Of a stretch of 64,000 bases of DNA, positions 48,923 through 59,169 are shown piece after piece. This DNA comes from a virus (lineage: Duplodnaviria > Heunggongvirae > Uroviricota > Caudoviricetes), in IMG/VR virus record IMGVR_UViG_3300006155_000234; one strand, 5' to 3'. Within the stretch, counting starts at the first letter, position 1. Each line of letters opens with the position of its first letter. The notes beneath the pieces were generated by a model. The model did no database searches, was not told where the DNA came from, and saw only the letters and a program-made list of their open reading frames with translations. A program made the position numbers and the translations under genes.

Positions 48923-50513
48923 AAATTTTAATGCAAATACTACTGCTGTAATGGACATGAATACTATGTCTAAAAGATTTGAAAACATGCTTACTTCTGT
49001 TACAGATATGATAAATGATAATAATATATATTCTGTATGGATAAAATTAGTCATAGGTAAATCTAGCAAACATCAAATAATATTCGATACAAGTAGTACA
49101 AATAGAGATAAAAATTTATTTATAGGATTAGACTATGAAAAATGTGGTGCTGGTGTTGCAAATAAATTTACATTTAAAGTAGCTTATGACTTATTTCATT
49201 ATGGACAAGATACTAAGGGAAATGTTGAGAAGTTGGATGAGTTAATATATAAAGCAATGAATACTACTGAATATAAAGAAGCAATGGATATGTTTTATTG
49301 TAAATTTCAATATGGATATAATGTTACAGGAAATACACAAATAGTTAGCCCTTTATATGAAGGATTAATTTTGGATATTATACCTTCTATTGATTATACA
49401 AATGGAAAAACATATTATACTATATCTGGAAATAGTATAATATCAGGTGCAAGTATTACATATTCTTTTGATGAAATTGGTAATAGTGAAACAGAAGAAG
49501 GAAGATGGAAAGGTTTGGATTTAGTATTATGGATACTATGGTACTATCATGGAAATAAAGCAACTATAAGTCAACTTCCACAAGATTATTCTGGGAATAT
49601 AGATAACCAACATGATGATGTTAAAAAAGGAATTTCACCTGCAATGAATATAGATATACCTGCTGATTTAATGAATAGTTCTAGTAATGTATATATGCCA
49701 CAAATGAATGAGATGACGGCTATAGATTATTGTAAAGAAGTGCTAAATAAAACTGTGAATATAAATGATTCCAGATTTAATGGAGATACTAAAAATCCTG
49801 ATTATGATTTAGAAGATGATGAATTTAGACCTTACTACACTTTATATATAACTGATTCAGGAGGCTCTGGTGTACCTACAATACATATTGCCTTTATATC
49901 TTCTAAAGATGACGAAAATACTAGAAAAGAAGCATATCCAATAAATTTTAACTTTACATGGTATAATCAAAAAAATAGTATTGTAATAAACTGGCAACCT
50001 GATGTAAGTGTTAGAAATTACCTACTAACAAGAGCAGAAAATGAGCATAAAAAATTAGCATTACAAAAAATACAAGATGCAGTTAATAGTACACTCAAAG
50101 ATACAGGAAACAATGTAAAAAATGCAGTAGAAGATGCTAAGAATAAGATAAATGGTATAGTAAAAGGGGAATCATCAGATATTACAGGAGCTGCAAAATC
50201 TGTAATCAGTCTTATTGTTTCAGGTAGTGTTGCATTAGGTGTATTAGCTGCAAATGCAGTATTAGATAGTAAGATAAAAGAATTATCAAATACAACAGAA
50301 GAATTCTATAAAGCAAAACTTACATTAGTAGGTATGCCTTGCGATATTCCTATTGGTGTATTATTAGATATAAAACCAGTCATATTAGAATCTGTTAGTA
50401 GAACTCAAGGAAAATATTATACATTAGGTGCAAAAGATACCATAAACAGTAATGGTTTATTTACAACTACAATAGAAGTATTTAGATTAAAAGATAGAAA
50501 TAAAAGAAATTAG
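48915..50513 (+). CDS. Baseplate hub protein (gp27/gpD-like)
   Basis: KFQYGY, LTLVGMP and GKYY...DTI...GLFTTTI motifs; synteny. Confidence 0.65.
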   Translation: MARNFNANTTAVMDMNTMSKRFENMLTSVTDMINDNNIYSVWIKLVIGKSSKHQIIFDTSSTNRDKNLFIGLDYEKCGAGVANKFTFKVAYDLFHYGQDTKGNVEKLDELIYKAMNTTEYKEAMDMFYCKFQYGYNVTGNTQIVSPLYEGLILDIIPSIDYTNGKTYYTISGNSIISGASITYSFDEIGNSETEEGRWKGLDLVLWILWYYHGNKATISQLPQDYSGNIDNQHDDVKKGISPAMNIDIPADLMNSSSNVYMPQMNEMTAIDYCKEVLNKTVNINDSRFNGDTKNPDYDLEDDEFRPYYTLYITDSGGSGVPTIHIAFISSKDDENTRKEAYPINFNFTWYNQKNSIVINWQPDVSVRNYLLTRAENEHKKLALQKIQDAVNSTLKDTGNNVKNAVEDAKNKINGIVKGESSDITGAAKSVISLIVSGSVALGVLAANAVLDSKIKELSNTTEEFYKAKLTLVGMPCDIPIGVLLDIKPVILESVSRTQGKYYTLGAKDTINSNGLFTTTIEVFRLKDRNKRN

Positions 50514-50524
50514 GAGGTCATTAC

Positions 50525-52207
50525 ATGGATATTTCAAATAAAATAACTTACTATATGAAAGTTATGTCTGCTTATGTAGTCAATAAAAATAGTAGTGATG
50601 ACCCTTCTGGAGATTCTAAAAGAGCACAGGTATATATACCAAGTATTCAAATGGAACTTGAAAATATGTATAAAACATATATAAATGAATCAGATAAGAA
50701 AAATGCAAAAGGGTATAGGAAGTTCCCATGGGCTTACAATACTGTTGAAAATCTAAATGAAGGTGACCTTGTATATGTTTCTGCATTAAATAACACAAAT
50801 GGGGATTATTTAATTATTGGAAGAGACGCATCTTGTTTTCCTTCAGGTGGTATTGGTGGTGGAGACAGTTTAGATGCATCAGGAATTGCAGAATTATTAG
50901 CACCATTAGTTATTCACAATGAAATGAGCCAAGGAACAATGCCAACATTATCAGATGCTTGGGATAATAATATATCTGATTATGCTTATGGAAATTATAA
51001 TACGAATACATCTAAATATTGGACTGTTGGAATAGGACAATGGGATGCTACAAGAGCATATAATCTATTATTAGATATTGCAAGAGAAGATGGAAATTGG
51101 AGAAATAATTGGGGAGATAAAAGTAGTGATTTATACAAAGCATTAGATAGTGATTGTAATGGGGGTAATTATTCTAGTAAGTTTGACTTAAATATAATAG
51201 GAAGAACATCAAATCAAAGTACAATTTCTAGTATAAAATCAATGTTGGTTTCAAGTGTAGGTAAAAAAGTGCAACTTACCAAATTAAGAGCAGATTTAAC
51301 TAATGTTGTTCAAGGTTTAATGGATTCAGGAATTACAAATCCAGCAATAATTATTATGGTAGGAGATATTGTACATCAATATGGTTCTATTGGTTCAGAA
51401 TTGAAAAATGCAGCTAAAAATCCTTCTAGCCTAAATGTAAATCAAGAAAATCTAAATAAAGTAATATCATCATATTCAAACTCTCCTTCAAGTATGATGC
51501 AAGATTTTGAGAAATTTCAAGTATGGTTCTTTGACACATACTTACCTACAAGTTTCCATAATCAATATAAGCCTAGAAGAAGTAATGCTCCAGTTTATAT
51601 TAGAGAATTATATAAACAAGGTAAGTTAGTAGATGCTGGATTAACTATGATAGGTGATTTAGTTGCAACTTCTTACAGAGGTATTACTATTGTATCTCCT
51701 TTGAAAGATGAAGTTGTTGCAGCTTATCAATCTGATTTCTTTAGTGGTACATTACATCACCAATACAAAGCACATAAAATCAATACTTATTTTGGTAGCT
51801 ATAAAACAATGTATCAAAATGGAAGTCTTAAACCACACGCTGGTGTTGATTTCAATATCAGTAGGGGAGAATTATATTATGCATCTCATAATGGTACAAT
51901 GACAGTTACAGATTCTAACAGTGGTTATGGTTATCATGTAAAGATAAAATTTAATGAAGCAGGACATAATTGGACTATAATTTATGGACACATGGATAGA
52001 GCATTATCTAAACCGTACTTTACTCCAGGAACTTATGAGATAAAAGCTGGGCAACCAGTAGGAGCAGGAGATAGTACAGGAAATTCAACAGGAGACCACT
52101 TACACTACGAAATTCAAATGGATGGGACACCAATAAATCCGTTACTGTTTTTGGGTATGGGAAATGCAGTTACTAAATTCTACCCTAACCAACAATTAAA
52201 TGAATAG
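50525..52207 (+). CDS. Baseplate spike/lysin: gp5-like OB fold, lysozyme-like domain and M23 peptidase
   Basis: DDP..RAQVYIP...FPWA...GDLVYV; GIGQW; HAGVDF...YGHM...TGNSTGDHLHYE. Confidence 0.85.
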   Translation: MDISNKITYYMKVMSAYVVNKNSSDDPSGDSKRAQVYIPSIQMELENMYKTYINESDKKNAKGYRKFPWAYNTVENLNEGDLVYVSALNNTNGDYLIIGRDASCFPSGGIGGGDSLDASGIAELLAPLVIHNEMSQGTMPTLSDAWDNNISDYAYGNYNTNTSKYWTVGIGQWDATRAYNLLLDIAREDGNWRNNWGDKSSDLYKALDSDCNGGNYSSKFDLNIIGRTSNQSTISSIKSMLVSSVGKKVQLTKLRADLTNVVQGLMDSGITNPAIIIMVGDIVHQYGSIGSELKNAAKNPSSLNVNQENLNKVISSYSNSPSSMMQDFEKFQVWFFDTYLPTSFHNQYKPRRSNAPVYIRELYKQGKLVDAGLTMIGDLVATSYRGITIVSPLKDEVVAAYQSDFFSGTLHHQYKAHKINTYFGSYKTMYQNGSLKPHAGVDFNISRGELYYASHNGTMTVTDSNSGYGYHVKIKFNEAGHNWTIIYGHMDRALSKPYFTPGTYEIKAGQPVGAGDSTGNSTGDHLHYEIQMDGTPINPLLFLGMGNAVTKFYPNQQLNE

Positions 52208-52220
52208 GAGGTATATAATT

Positions 52221-52613
52221 ATGAAATTTACAACTTTTGCATTTCCAACAATGATAGATAGAATAAATGGAAAAACAAGATTATCGACAGATGAAAAAAG
52301 TGTTAATGAATGTTTAGGTATTCTTTTAAGAACAAGACCAGGAGAATTAATGGGTGAACCTGGGTATGGTTGTAATCTAATAAATAGAATATATCAATAT
52401 AATGGTGTTATTCTTGCAGATTTATGTAAAGAAGACATTATGGAAGCTGCATCTATATGGGAAAAAAGATGTACTATAAATAAAGATGATATACAAATCA
52501 TTAGAAAAGATAGATATGTATATATTTATATACTATACACTAATCTAATAACAGGAACTATTGAAGAATTAGAAGTAAATTTAGATTATACAACAGATAC
52601 AACTTATTACTAA
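52221..52613 (+). CDS. Baseplate gp25-like protein
   Basis: LLRTRPGELMGEPGYGCNL...WEKR. Confidence 0.85.
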   Translation: MKFTTFAFPTMIDRINGKTRLSTDEKSVNECLGILLRTRPGELMGEPGYGCNLINRIYQYNGVILADLCKEDIMEAASIWEKRCTINKDDIQIIRKDRYVYIYILYTNLITGTIEELEVNLDYTTDTTYY

Positions 52614-52786
52614 AATATGCAATATTAATAGTCTGAAAGATGTTTATAATAGTGTAAACATCTTTCAATATTTTAAATAGAAATACTTGACAAATATATA
52701 AAATTGTTATCAATTCGAAGCAAGATTGATACTGAATTTCTATTAAAATATTAATGTAATACATTTTTTGAGAGGAGAAGATAATA

Positions 52787-54961
52787 ATGGAAGTAATCAA
52801 GAGAGATGGTAAGATTACACATTTTGACGAAGATAAAATCAAAGTTGCAATTAACAAAGCTAATGCTGAAGTAGTTGTAAAAGAAAGAGCAACAGATGAG
52901 GAAATATTAGAAATAATCAAACACATTAAAGATTTAAACAAAGAACAAATAAGTGTTGAGGAAATTCAAGATATTATTGAAAATAAATTAATGGACTTTG
53001 GTAAGAATTTATTATCAAAAAAATATATTGTTTATAGGTATCAAAGGGAGTTAGTTAGAAAACAAAATACAACAGACCAAACAATTAAAGAATTAATTGA
53101 GGGTGATAGTGAATATTGGAATACAGAAAATTCTAATAAAAATGCTATTGTTGTAACTACTCAAAGAGATTATATCGCAGGTACTACAAGCACAGATATA
53201 ACAAGAAGATTTTTATTACCAAAAGAAATAGTTGAAGCACATGACAAAGGTATATTACATTTCCATGATGCTGATTATTTTGCACAAAAAATACATAATT
53301 GTTGTTTAATCAATTTAGATGATATGTTACAAAATGGAACTATTATAAATGGTGTTATGATAGAGAAACCACATAAATTTATAACAGCATCTACTATTGC
53401 AACACAAATAATTTTAGGTGTTAGTTCATCTCAATATGGTGGTTGTACAGTATCTTTAACACATCTAGCACCATTTGTAAGAGATAGTTATAATAAATAT
53501 TTAGAAGAATATATTAATAGAGGTTTAGACGAAGAGAAAGCAAAAGAATTTGCTAAATTAGATACTAAAAAAGAAGTTGAGGCTGGAGTTCAAACATTTA
53601 ATTATCAAGTAAATTCTATGACAAACACTAACGGTCAAGCACCATTTCTATCTGTATGTATGTATCTAGGGGAGACAGATGAATACAAAGATGAGTTAGC
53701 AATGATAATAGAAGAATTTTTAAATCAAAGAATTTTAGGATTTAAAAATGAACAAGGTGTATATATAACACCAGCATTTCCAAAACTTTTATACGTGTTA
53801 GAAGAAGATAATATTTATGAAGATAGTAAATATTGGTATCTAACAGAATTAGCAGCAAAATGTACTGCTAAAAGAATGGTTCCTGATTATATTTCTGAAA
53901 AAGTTATGAAAGAATTAAAGAAAGATAAATCAGGTAATGGAAACTGCTATCCTTGTATGGGTTGTAGAAGTTTCTTAACACCAGATAGACAAACAGAAAA
54001 TTATGGTAAAGCATTAAACTATGATAAAAATAAATCTAAATATTATGGAAGATTTAATCAAGGTGTTGTAACAATAAACTTACCTGATATTGCTTTATCT
54101 TCTAAAAAAGATATGGATAAATTCTGGGAAATATTTGATGAGAGATTAGAATTATGTCACAAAGCTTTACAATGTAGACATGAAAGATTAAGTACAGCAA
54201 TATCAGATGTTGCTCCTATCATGTGGCAAAATGGTGCATTAGCAAGATTGAAAAAAGGTGAAAGTATTCATGAATTATTACATCACGGATACTCAACAAT
54301 TTCATTAGGTTATGCTGGTTTGTATGAGTGTGTTAAATATATGACTGGATATTCTCATACAGGAGAAGGTAAAGAATTTGGTTTAGCAGTAATGCAACAT
54401 TTGAATGATGCTTGTGCAAAATGGAAAGCAGCAGAAGATATTGATTATTCAGTATATGGTACTCCTATTGAAAGCACAACATATAAATTTGCTAAAAAAT
54501 TAAAAGAAAGATTTGGTGTTGTAGAAGGAATAACAGACAGGGATTATATTACAAACTCTTATCATGTACCAGTATTTGAAGAAATTGATGCATTTACAAA
54601 ATTAAAATTAGAGAGTGATTTTCAAAAACTATCTCCTGGAGGTGCAATTTCCTATATTGAAACACCTAATTTACAAAATAACTTAGATGCAGTAATTCAA
54701 GTTATAAAATTCATATATGGAAATATTATGTATGCAGAACTTAATACTAAATCTGATTATTGTCAAAAATGTGGTTTTGATGGAGAAATTCTAGTTGATG
54801 AAAATTTAGAATGGTACTGCCCTAACTGTGGAAACAGAGACCATAATAAAATGAATGTTGCTAGACGTACTTGTGGTTATATAGGAAGTAATTTCTGGAA
54901 TAGAGGTAGAACACAAGAAATTAAAGAAAGAGTATTACATTTAGATAATAAAGATTTATAA
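52787..54961 (+). CDS. nrdD: Anaerobic (class III) ribonucleoside-triphosphate reductase with ATP cone
   Basis: VIKRDG ATP cone, HNCCL, MGCRS, CxxC pairs and RRTCGY glycyl-radical motif. Confidence 0.97.
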   Translation: MEVIKRDGKITHFDEDKIKVAINKANAEVVVKERATDEEILEIIKHIKDLNKEQISVEEIQDIIENKLMDFGKNLLSKKYIVYRYQRELVRKQNTTDQTIKELIEGDSEYWNTENSNKNAIVVTTQRDYIAGTTSTDITRRFLLPKEIVEAHDKGILHFHDADYFAQKIHNCCLINLDDMLQNGTIINGVMIEKPHKFITASTIATQIILGVSSSQYGGCTVSLTHLAPFVRDSYNKYLEEYINRGLDEEKAKEFAKLDTKKEVEAGVQTFNYQVNSMTNTNGQAPFLSVCMYLGETDEYKDELAMIIEEFLNQRILGFKNEQGVYITPAFPKLLYVLEEDNIYEDSKYWYLTELAAKCTAKRMVPDYISEKVMKELKKDKSGNGNCYPCMGCRSFLTPDRQTENYGKALNYDKNKSKYYGRFNQGVVTINLPDIALSSKKDMDKFWEIFDERLELCHKALQCRHERLSTAISDVAPIMWQNGALARLKKGESIHELLHHGYSTISLGYAGLYECVKYMTGYSHTGEGKEFGLAVMQHLNDACAKWKAAEDIDYSVYGTPIESTTYKFAKKLKERFGVVEGITDRDYITNSYHVPVFEEIDAFTKLKLESDFQKLSPGGAISYIETPNLQNNLDAVIQVIKFIYGNIMYAELNTKSDYCQKCGFDGEILVDENLEWYCPNCGNRDHNKMNVARRTCGYIGSNFWNRGRTQEIKERVLHLDNKDL

Positions 54962-54980
54962 TTTTAAAGGAGAATATTTT

Positions 54981-55244
54981 ATGAATTGGAAAGAAGTAAT
55001 TAAATTACAAAATGAAGAATTTGAGTTTTTAGATACAATAGATATAAGTCAATATATTCCAAGTAATGGAGAAATAGATGTATGGGAACTAATGCAGACA
55101 ATAGAAAAGAACCACAGTAAAGATTATAGGGAACTCTATATATTTAATGTTATAACTGAAAGTGAATTTATAGATTATCTTAAAAAGAGATATAACATAT
55201 ATCATAGAGAATCTATAACAAATTTTATAAAATTTAGTGAATAA
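54981..55244 (+). CDS. Hypothetical protein
   Basis: 87 aa with RBS. Confidence 0.6.
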   Translation: MNWKEVIKLQNEEFEFLDTIDISQYIPSNGEIDVWELMQTIEKNHSKDYRELYIFNVITESEFIDYLKKRYNIYHRESITNFIKFSE

Positions 55245-55256
55245 GGAGTAAATAGT

Positions 55257-56492
55257 ATGAGTAGTTATGAAGATTTAATTCAATTAGAACAACAAAGACA
55301 AAATGACAATATAGAACTTATTGCAAGTGAAAATTTTTGTAGTAGTAGAATAAGAGAAGCATGTGGAAGTATATTAACTAATAAATATGCTGAAGGTTAT
55401 TCTAGAAAAAGGTATTATGGTGGTTGTCAATATATAGATATGATAGAAACAAAAGCAATAGAGGATGCTTGCAAACTATTTAATTGTAAATATGCAAATG
55501 TTCAACCACATTGTGGTAGTAGTGCTAATCAAGCAATATATAGAGCATTTCTTAAACCAAATGACAATGTATTGTCTATGAACTTGGGTGCTGGAGGGCA
55601 TCTAAGCCATGGACATAAAATGAGTTTCTCAGGACAAGATTATAATATAATTTCTTATGGTTTAACAGATGATGGAATACTTGATTATGAAGATTTAGAA
55701 AATAAATTATTTAAGTATGGTGCAGATATGGTACTTGTGGGAGCAAGCTCATATTCAAGAATAATTGACTATGAAAGAATTGGAAGAATTATAGAAGACT
55801 ATGTAAATAGTACTGGTGCAGAAAAACCACTATATATGGTAGATATGGCTCATGTAGCTGGTTTAATTGCTGCTGGGTTACACCCATCTCCATTCCCATG
55901 GGCTGATGTTGTAACAAGCACTACACACAAAACATTAAGAGGACCAAGAGGTGGACTTATTCTAACAAATAATGAAGAAATGATAAAAAAGATAAACAGA
56001 ACTGTATTTCCTGGCATACAAGGTGGACCATTAGAGCATATAATTGCTGCAAAAGGTATTTGTTTTGAAGAAGCAATGCAATCTGAATTTAGAGATTATA
56101 TTAACCAAGTAATTGAAAATTCTAAAGCATTTGCAACTAAATTTATAGATTTAGGTTGGAAGGTAATATCAAATGGAACAGACAATCACATGTTCATATT
56201 AGATACTTTCCATTCAATAGGACTTACAGGACAACAGGTTGAGGAAGCATTAGATAAAATAAATATAACTGTAAATAAAAATCAAATATGGAAAGACCCA
56301 TTACCACCTTTAAAATCAAGTGGAGTTAGAATTGGAACAGCTGCAATGACTACTAAAGGTTGGAAAGAAGAACAATTTACAATACTTGCAGAAATAATAG
56401 TTGCTTATTTATTAGGTATTGCTTCAAATCTTCCAGTAAATATAGAAAACTTTAAAAATCTAGTAAAAAATCTAAATGTTAAAGGAGAATAA
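55257..56492 (+). CDS. glyA: Serine hydroxymethyltransferase
   Basis: LIASEN, NKYAEGY, GGHLSHG, DMAHVAG, TTHKTLRGPRGG and FPGIQGGP motifs. Confidence 0.97.
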   Translation: MSSYEDLIQLEQQRQNDNIELIASENFCSSRIREACGSILTNKYAEGYSRKRYYGGCQYIDMIETKAIEDACKLFNCKYANVQPHCGSSANQAIYRAFLKPNDNVLSMNLGAGGHLSHGHKMSFSGQDYNIISYGLTDDGILDYEDLENKLFKYGADMVLVGASSYSRIIDYERIGRIIEDYVNSTGAEKPLYMVDMAHVAGLIAAGLHPSPFPWADVVTSTTHKTLRGPRGGLILTNNEEMIKKINRTVFPGIQGGPLEHIIAAKGICFEEAMQSEFRDYINQVIENSKAFATKFIDLGWKVISNGTDNHMFILDTFHSIGLTGQQVEEALDKINITVNKNQIWKDPLPPLKSSGVRIGTAAMTTKGWKEEQFTILAEIIVAYLLGIASNLPVNIENFKNLVKNLNVKGE

Positions 56493-56493
56493 T

Positions 56494-56766
56494 ATGAAGA
56501 TATCAGATATTCAAAAATATGCAGAGCTTAGAGATTTACAAATCCCTATAATAGATGGTTTTGATGAAAGTACAATACTTGGATTATCTCAAGATAATAA
56601 AGTTATTTATAGTTTTGATAAAATGATAAATAATTTAAAAGACAGAGATGGAATGACAACAATAGAAGCACAAGAATACATTGAGTATAATATTATAAGA
56701 GCATTACCTTATTTAGGGAATAATGCTCCTGTAATTCTTTATATAGAACATATTATTATTGATTAG
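56494..56766 (+). CDS. Conserved phage hypothetical protein
   Basis: DGFDE.ILG...VIYS...EAQEYIEYN motif. Confidence 0.65.
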   Translation: MKISDIQKYAELRDLQIPIIDGFDESTILGLSQDNKVIYSFDKMINNLKDRDGMTTIEAQEYIEYNIIRALPYLGNNAPVILYIEHIIID

Positions 56767-56778
56767 GGGGTATTTTAA

Positions 56779-57267
56779 TTGAATTACAATAAAATTAGAA
56801 AAATGGATATATCAAATGGACCTGGAGTTAGGGTATCTATCTTCATGCAAGGTTGTGCATTTCATTGTAAAAATTGTTTTAATCCTGAAACTTGGGATTT
56901 TGATAATGGTTTAGAATTTTGTGGAGAAACTATACAAAAAGTAATAGAATTATGTGACAAACCAGAAATTGCAGGGCTATCTATATTAGGAGGAGAACCA
57001 TTACATCCAAGAAATATAGAAGGAACTACACAATTAGCAGAAGCATTTAAAAAGAAATTTATTGATAAAAATATATGGGTATGGACTGGTTTTCAATTTG
57101 AAAATATAAGGAATAGTAAAGTATTACAGTACATAGATGTTTTAGTAGACGGACAATTTAAAGAAGAATGTAGAAATCCAAAGTTACAATGGAGAGGTTC
57201 TGAAAATCAAAGAGTAATAGATGTAAAATCTACAATTAAAACTAATAGAATAGTTGAAATAAAATAG
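56779..57267 (+). CDS. nrdG: Anaerobic RNR activating enzyme (radical SAM)
   Basis: NGPGVRVS, CAFHCKNCFN, GGEP and WRGSENQR motifs. Confidence 0.97.
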   Translation: MNYNKIRKMDISNGPGVRVSIFMQGCAFHCKNCFNPETWDFDNGLEFCGETIQKVIELCDKPEIAGLSILGGEPLHPRNIEGTTQLAEAFKKKFIDKNIWVWTGFQFENIRNSKVLQYIDVLVDGQFKEECRNPKLQWRGSENQRVIDVKSTIKTNRIVEIK

Positions 57268-57277
57268 GTCGCTTTGT

Positions 57278-57333
57278 AACCAGAATAAATTTCTAGGCAA
57301 TTTAAAATAAAAGTAATATAAGTTTATAGGAGG
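57278..57333 (+). repeat. 56-bp dispersed intergenic element, copy 2
   Basis: Near-identical to 26737-26792. Confidence 0.85.
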
Positions 57334-57341
57334 TAGGAAAA

Positions 57342-57521
57342 ATGGACTGGAAAATCAAAATATGTGCATTAGGGTTATTAATATTAGGTATAACAGAAAC
57401 AATACATTATTATAAAAAGGTGAAAGATGGTAGTCATACAGAATTACCTAAATTATTATTTTATTCTATAATGGCAACATCTGGATTTTGGGCATTATTT
57501 ATATCTATATTATGGAGGTAG
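57342..57521 (+). CDS. Small two-TM protein (59 aa; not in the ORF track)
   Basis: AGGAGG RBS; MDWKIKICALGLLILG...FWALFISILWR. Confidence 0.65.
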   Translation: MDWKIKICALGLLILGITETIHYYKKVKDGSHTELPKLLFYSIMATSGFWALFISILWR

Positions 57522-57525
57522 AAAG

Positions 57526-57735
57526 ATGGAATTTTATGAACTTTTAATCCTAGTATTTGGTTGTTTATCTTTATTAGACTTAATTAGATGGAAAATTACA
57601 GAACTTACAAATAAGAATGTAGTTTCAATATTAGAAGTATTAGGTGGTTATAAAACAAGTTTTATAGTTAAACAAATAATAGAAAAGTTATTAGTAGTAA
57701 TCTGTATTATATGGATAATATGGAAACTATGGTAG
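57526..57735 (+). CDS. Small two-TM protein
   Basis: GGAGG RBS; hydrophobic termini. Confidence 0.65.
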   Translation: MEFYELLILVFGCLSLLDLIRWKITELTNKNVVSILEVLGGYKTSFIVKQIIEKLLVVICIIWIIWKLW

Positions 57736-57748
57736 TTGGAGGTATTTT

Positions 57749-58417
57749 ATGAAATTATTAGACCCTGTTATAGAAGTTGAGAAATATGATGGCATTCAAA
57801 TTATGAAAAATATAGAAAGAGCTTGTAGAACTTGTTACAGAAGTGAAGATAAAATAACAGATACAAGTTATCAAAATTTATTAAAAAATTGTATTAATAG
57901 AGGACATGAAAGTGTATTAGAACATGAGAAAATAACAGTTAGAATGCTATGTTCTATAAATACATATAAAGATTTAACTAGGCATAGAGCAGGTGCATCT
58001 TTCTCAATAGAGAGTACAAGATATTGTAATTATTCTAAAGATAAATTTGATAATAATATTAAATTTATAAATCCAGTATATATCACAGACCCAAATAATT
58101 ATGCTTGTTGGTTAGAATGTATGAAAAATATAGAAACTTTTTATATGGTAATGGCAAATAACAAAGCAACACCAGACCAATGTAGAACAATGCTTCCACA
58201 TAGTGTAGCTGCTGAAGTTTGTATGACATGCAATATTAGAGAGTGGAAACATGTATTAGAATTAAGATGTAGTAATAAAGTACATCCAGAAATAAGACAG
58301 TTACTAATTCCATTATTACTTAAATTCAAAGAAGATATGCCTGAAATATTTGATACAATACCTTATGATGAAGATTTCCCAAAAGAATGGTATGCAGAAA
58401 TTAAAATAATGAAATAG
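57749..58417 (+). CDS. thyX: Flavin-dependent thymidylate synthase
   Basis: GHESVLEH, RHRAGASFSIESTRY, NIREW and HPEIR motifs. Confidence 0.93.
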   Translation: MKLLDPVIEVEKYDGIQIMKNIERACRTCYRSEDKITDTSYQNLLKNCINRGHESVLEHEKITVRMLCSINTYKDLTRHRAGASFSIESTRYCNYSKDKFDNNIKFINPVYITDPNNYACWLECMKNIETFYMVMANNKATPDQCRTMLPHSVAAEVCMTCNIREWKHVLELRCSNKVHPEIRQLLIPLLLKFKEDMPEIFDTIPYDEDFPKEWYAEIKIMK

Positions 58418-58428
58418 GGGTGATAATA

Positions 58429-58719
58429 GTGGCAAAAACAATATTTGAATTTGATGAGTTTGAAGATAGAGATGATATAAACATAATTGTAAATAGGCAT
58501 AAATTAGTAACAGCATTATATGAACTAGCCAATTTAAGAAGAAATTTATATAAAGGATATACTAATATAATTGTAGTTAAAGATAATGAAATTGTATTTA
58601 AAGATGGAAGAGCATTAAAAGAATATAATACAGATAATACAGAAGAATATATAAATACGGATGATATTATAAATAAGATAGATGGAATACTAGAAGAAAT
58701 AAATTCTCTCATAAATTAG
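58429..58719 (+). CDS. Hypothetical protein
   Basis: GTG start after GGGGTG. Confidence 0.6.
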   Translation: MAKTIFEFDEFEDRDDINIIVNRHKLVTALYELANLRRNLYKGYTNIIVVKDNEIVFKDGRALKEYNTDNTEEYINTDDIINKIDGILEEINSLIN

Positions 58720-58737
58720 TAAGAATGGGGTGATAAT

Positions 58738-59124
58738 ATGTTAGATTTAGATGAAGCTAATTTAGCAATTTGTAGAAGAATAACATCTGAAAAGTTAGAT
58801 TTATTAAAAGATTATGATATAAATCACAGACCTGGATATAGAGTAGTTTTAGAGGAACATTTACAAAGAGCTAGAGATTTTGCAATAAAAGAATATAAAG
58901 TACAAAAAAGATATGTAGAAAGTAATAAATTAGAATTAGATGATGCTTTAAATCATATTAAAGAAAGATGTGTTGATTTAACAAATCTTATAAGTATTAC
59001 TAAAAATAAAGAAACAGATGATTATATGTATCCAATAGGAGAGTTATGGGGATATATTGGTGCTTATGAAGGATTACAAATATTATTAAGGCAATTAACA
59101 GAAGGGGATTATAAGAAGTTGTAA
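58738..59124 (+). CDS. Hypothetical protein
   Basis: 128-aa ORF with RBS. Confidence 0.6.
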   Translation: MLDLDEANLAICRRITSEKLDLLKDYDINHRPGYRVVLEEHLQRARDFAIKEYKVQKRYVESNKLELDDALNHIKERCVDLTNLISITKNKETDDYMYPIGELWGYIGAYEGLQILLRQLTEGDYKKL

Positions 59125-59137
59125 AATATTAATGAGG
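59121..59137 (+). promoter_or_regulatory. Late-promoter motif
   Basis: Exact motif. Confidence 0.7.
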
Positions 59138-59169
59138 GGTAGAATATATTTAAAAAGAGAGGTATTACT

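Noticed and set aside
1941-59137. Dispersed 17-nt and 29-nt repeats as a CRISPR array
   Set aside because: They are kilobases apart and positioned like promoters, with no regular spacers or cas genes.
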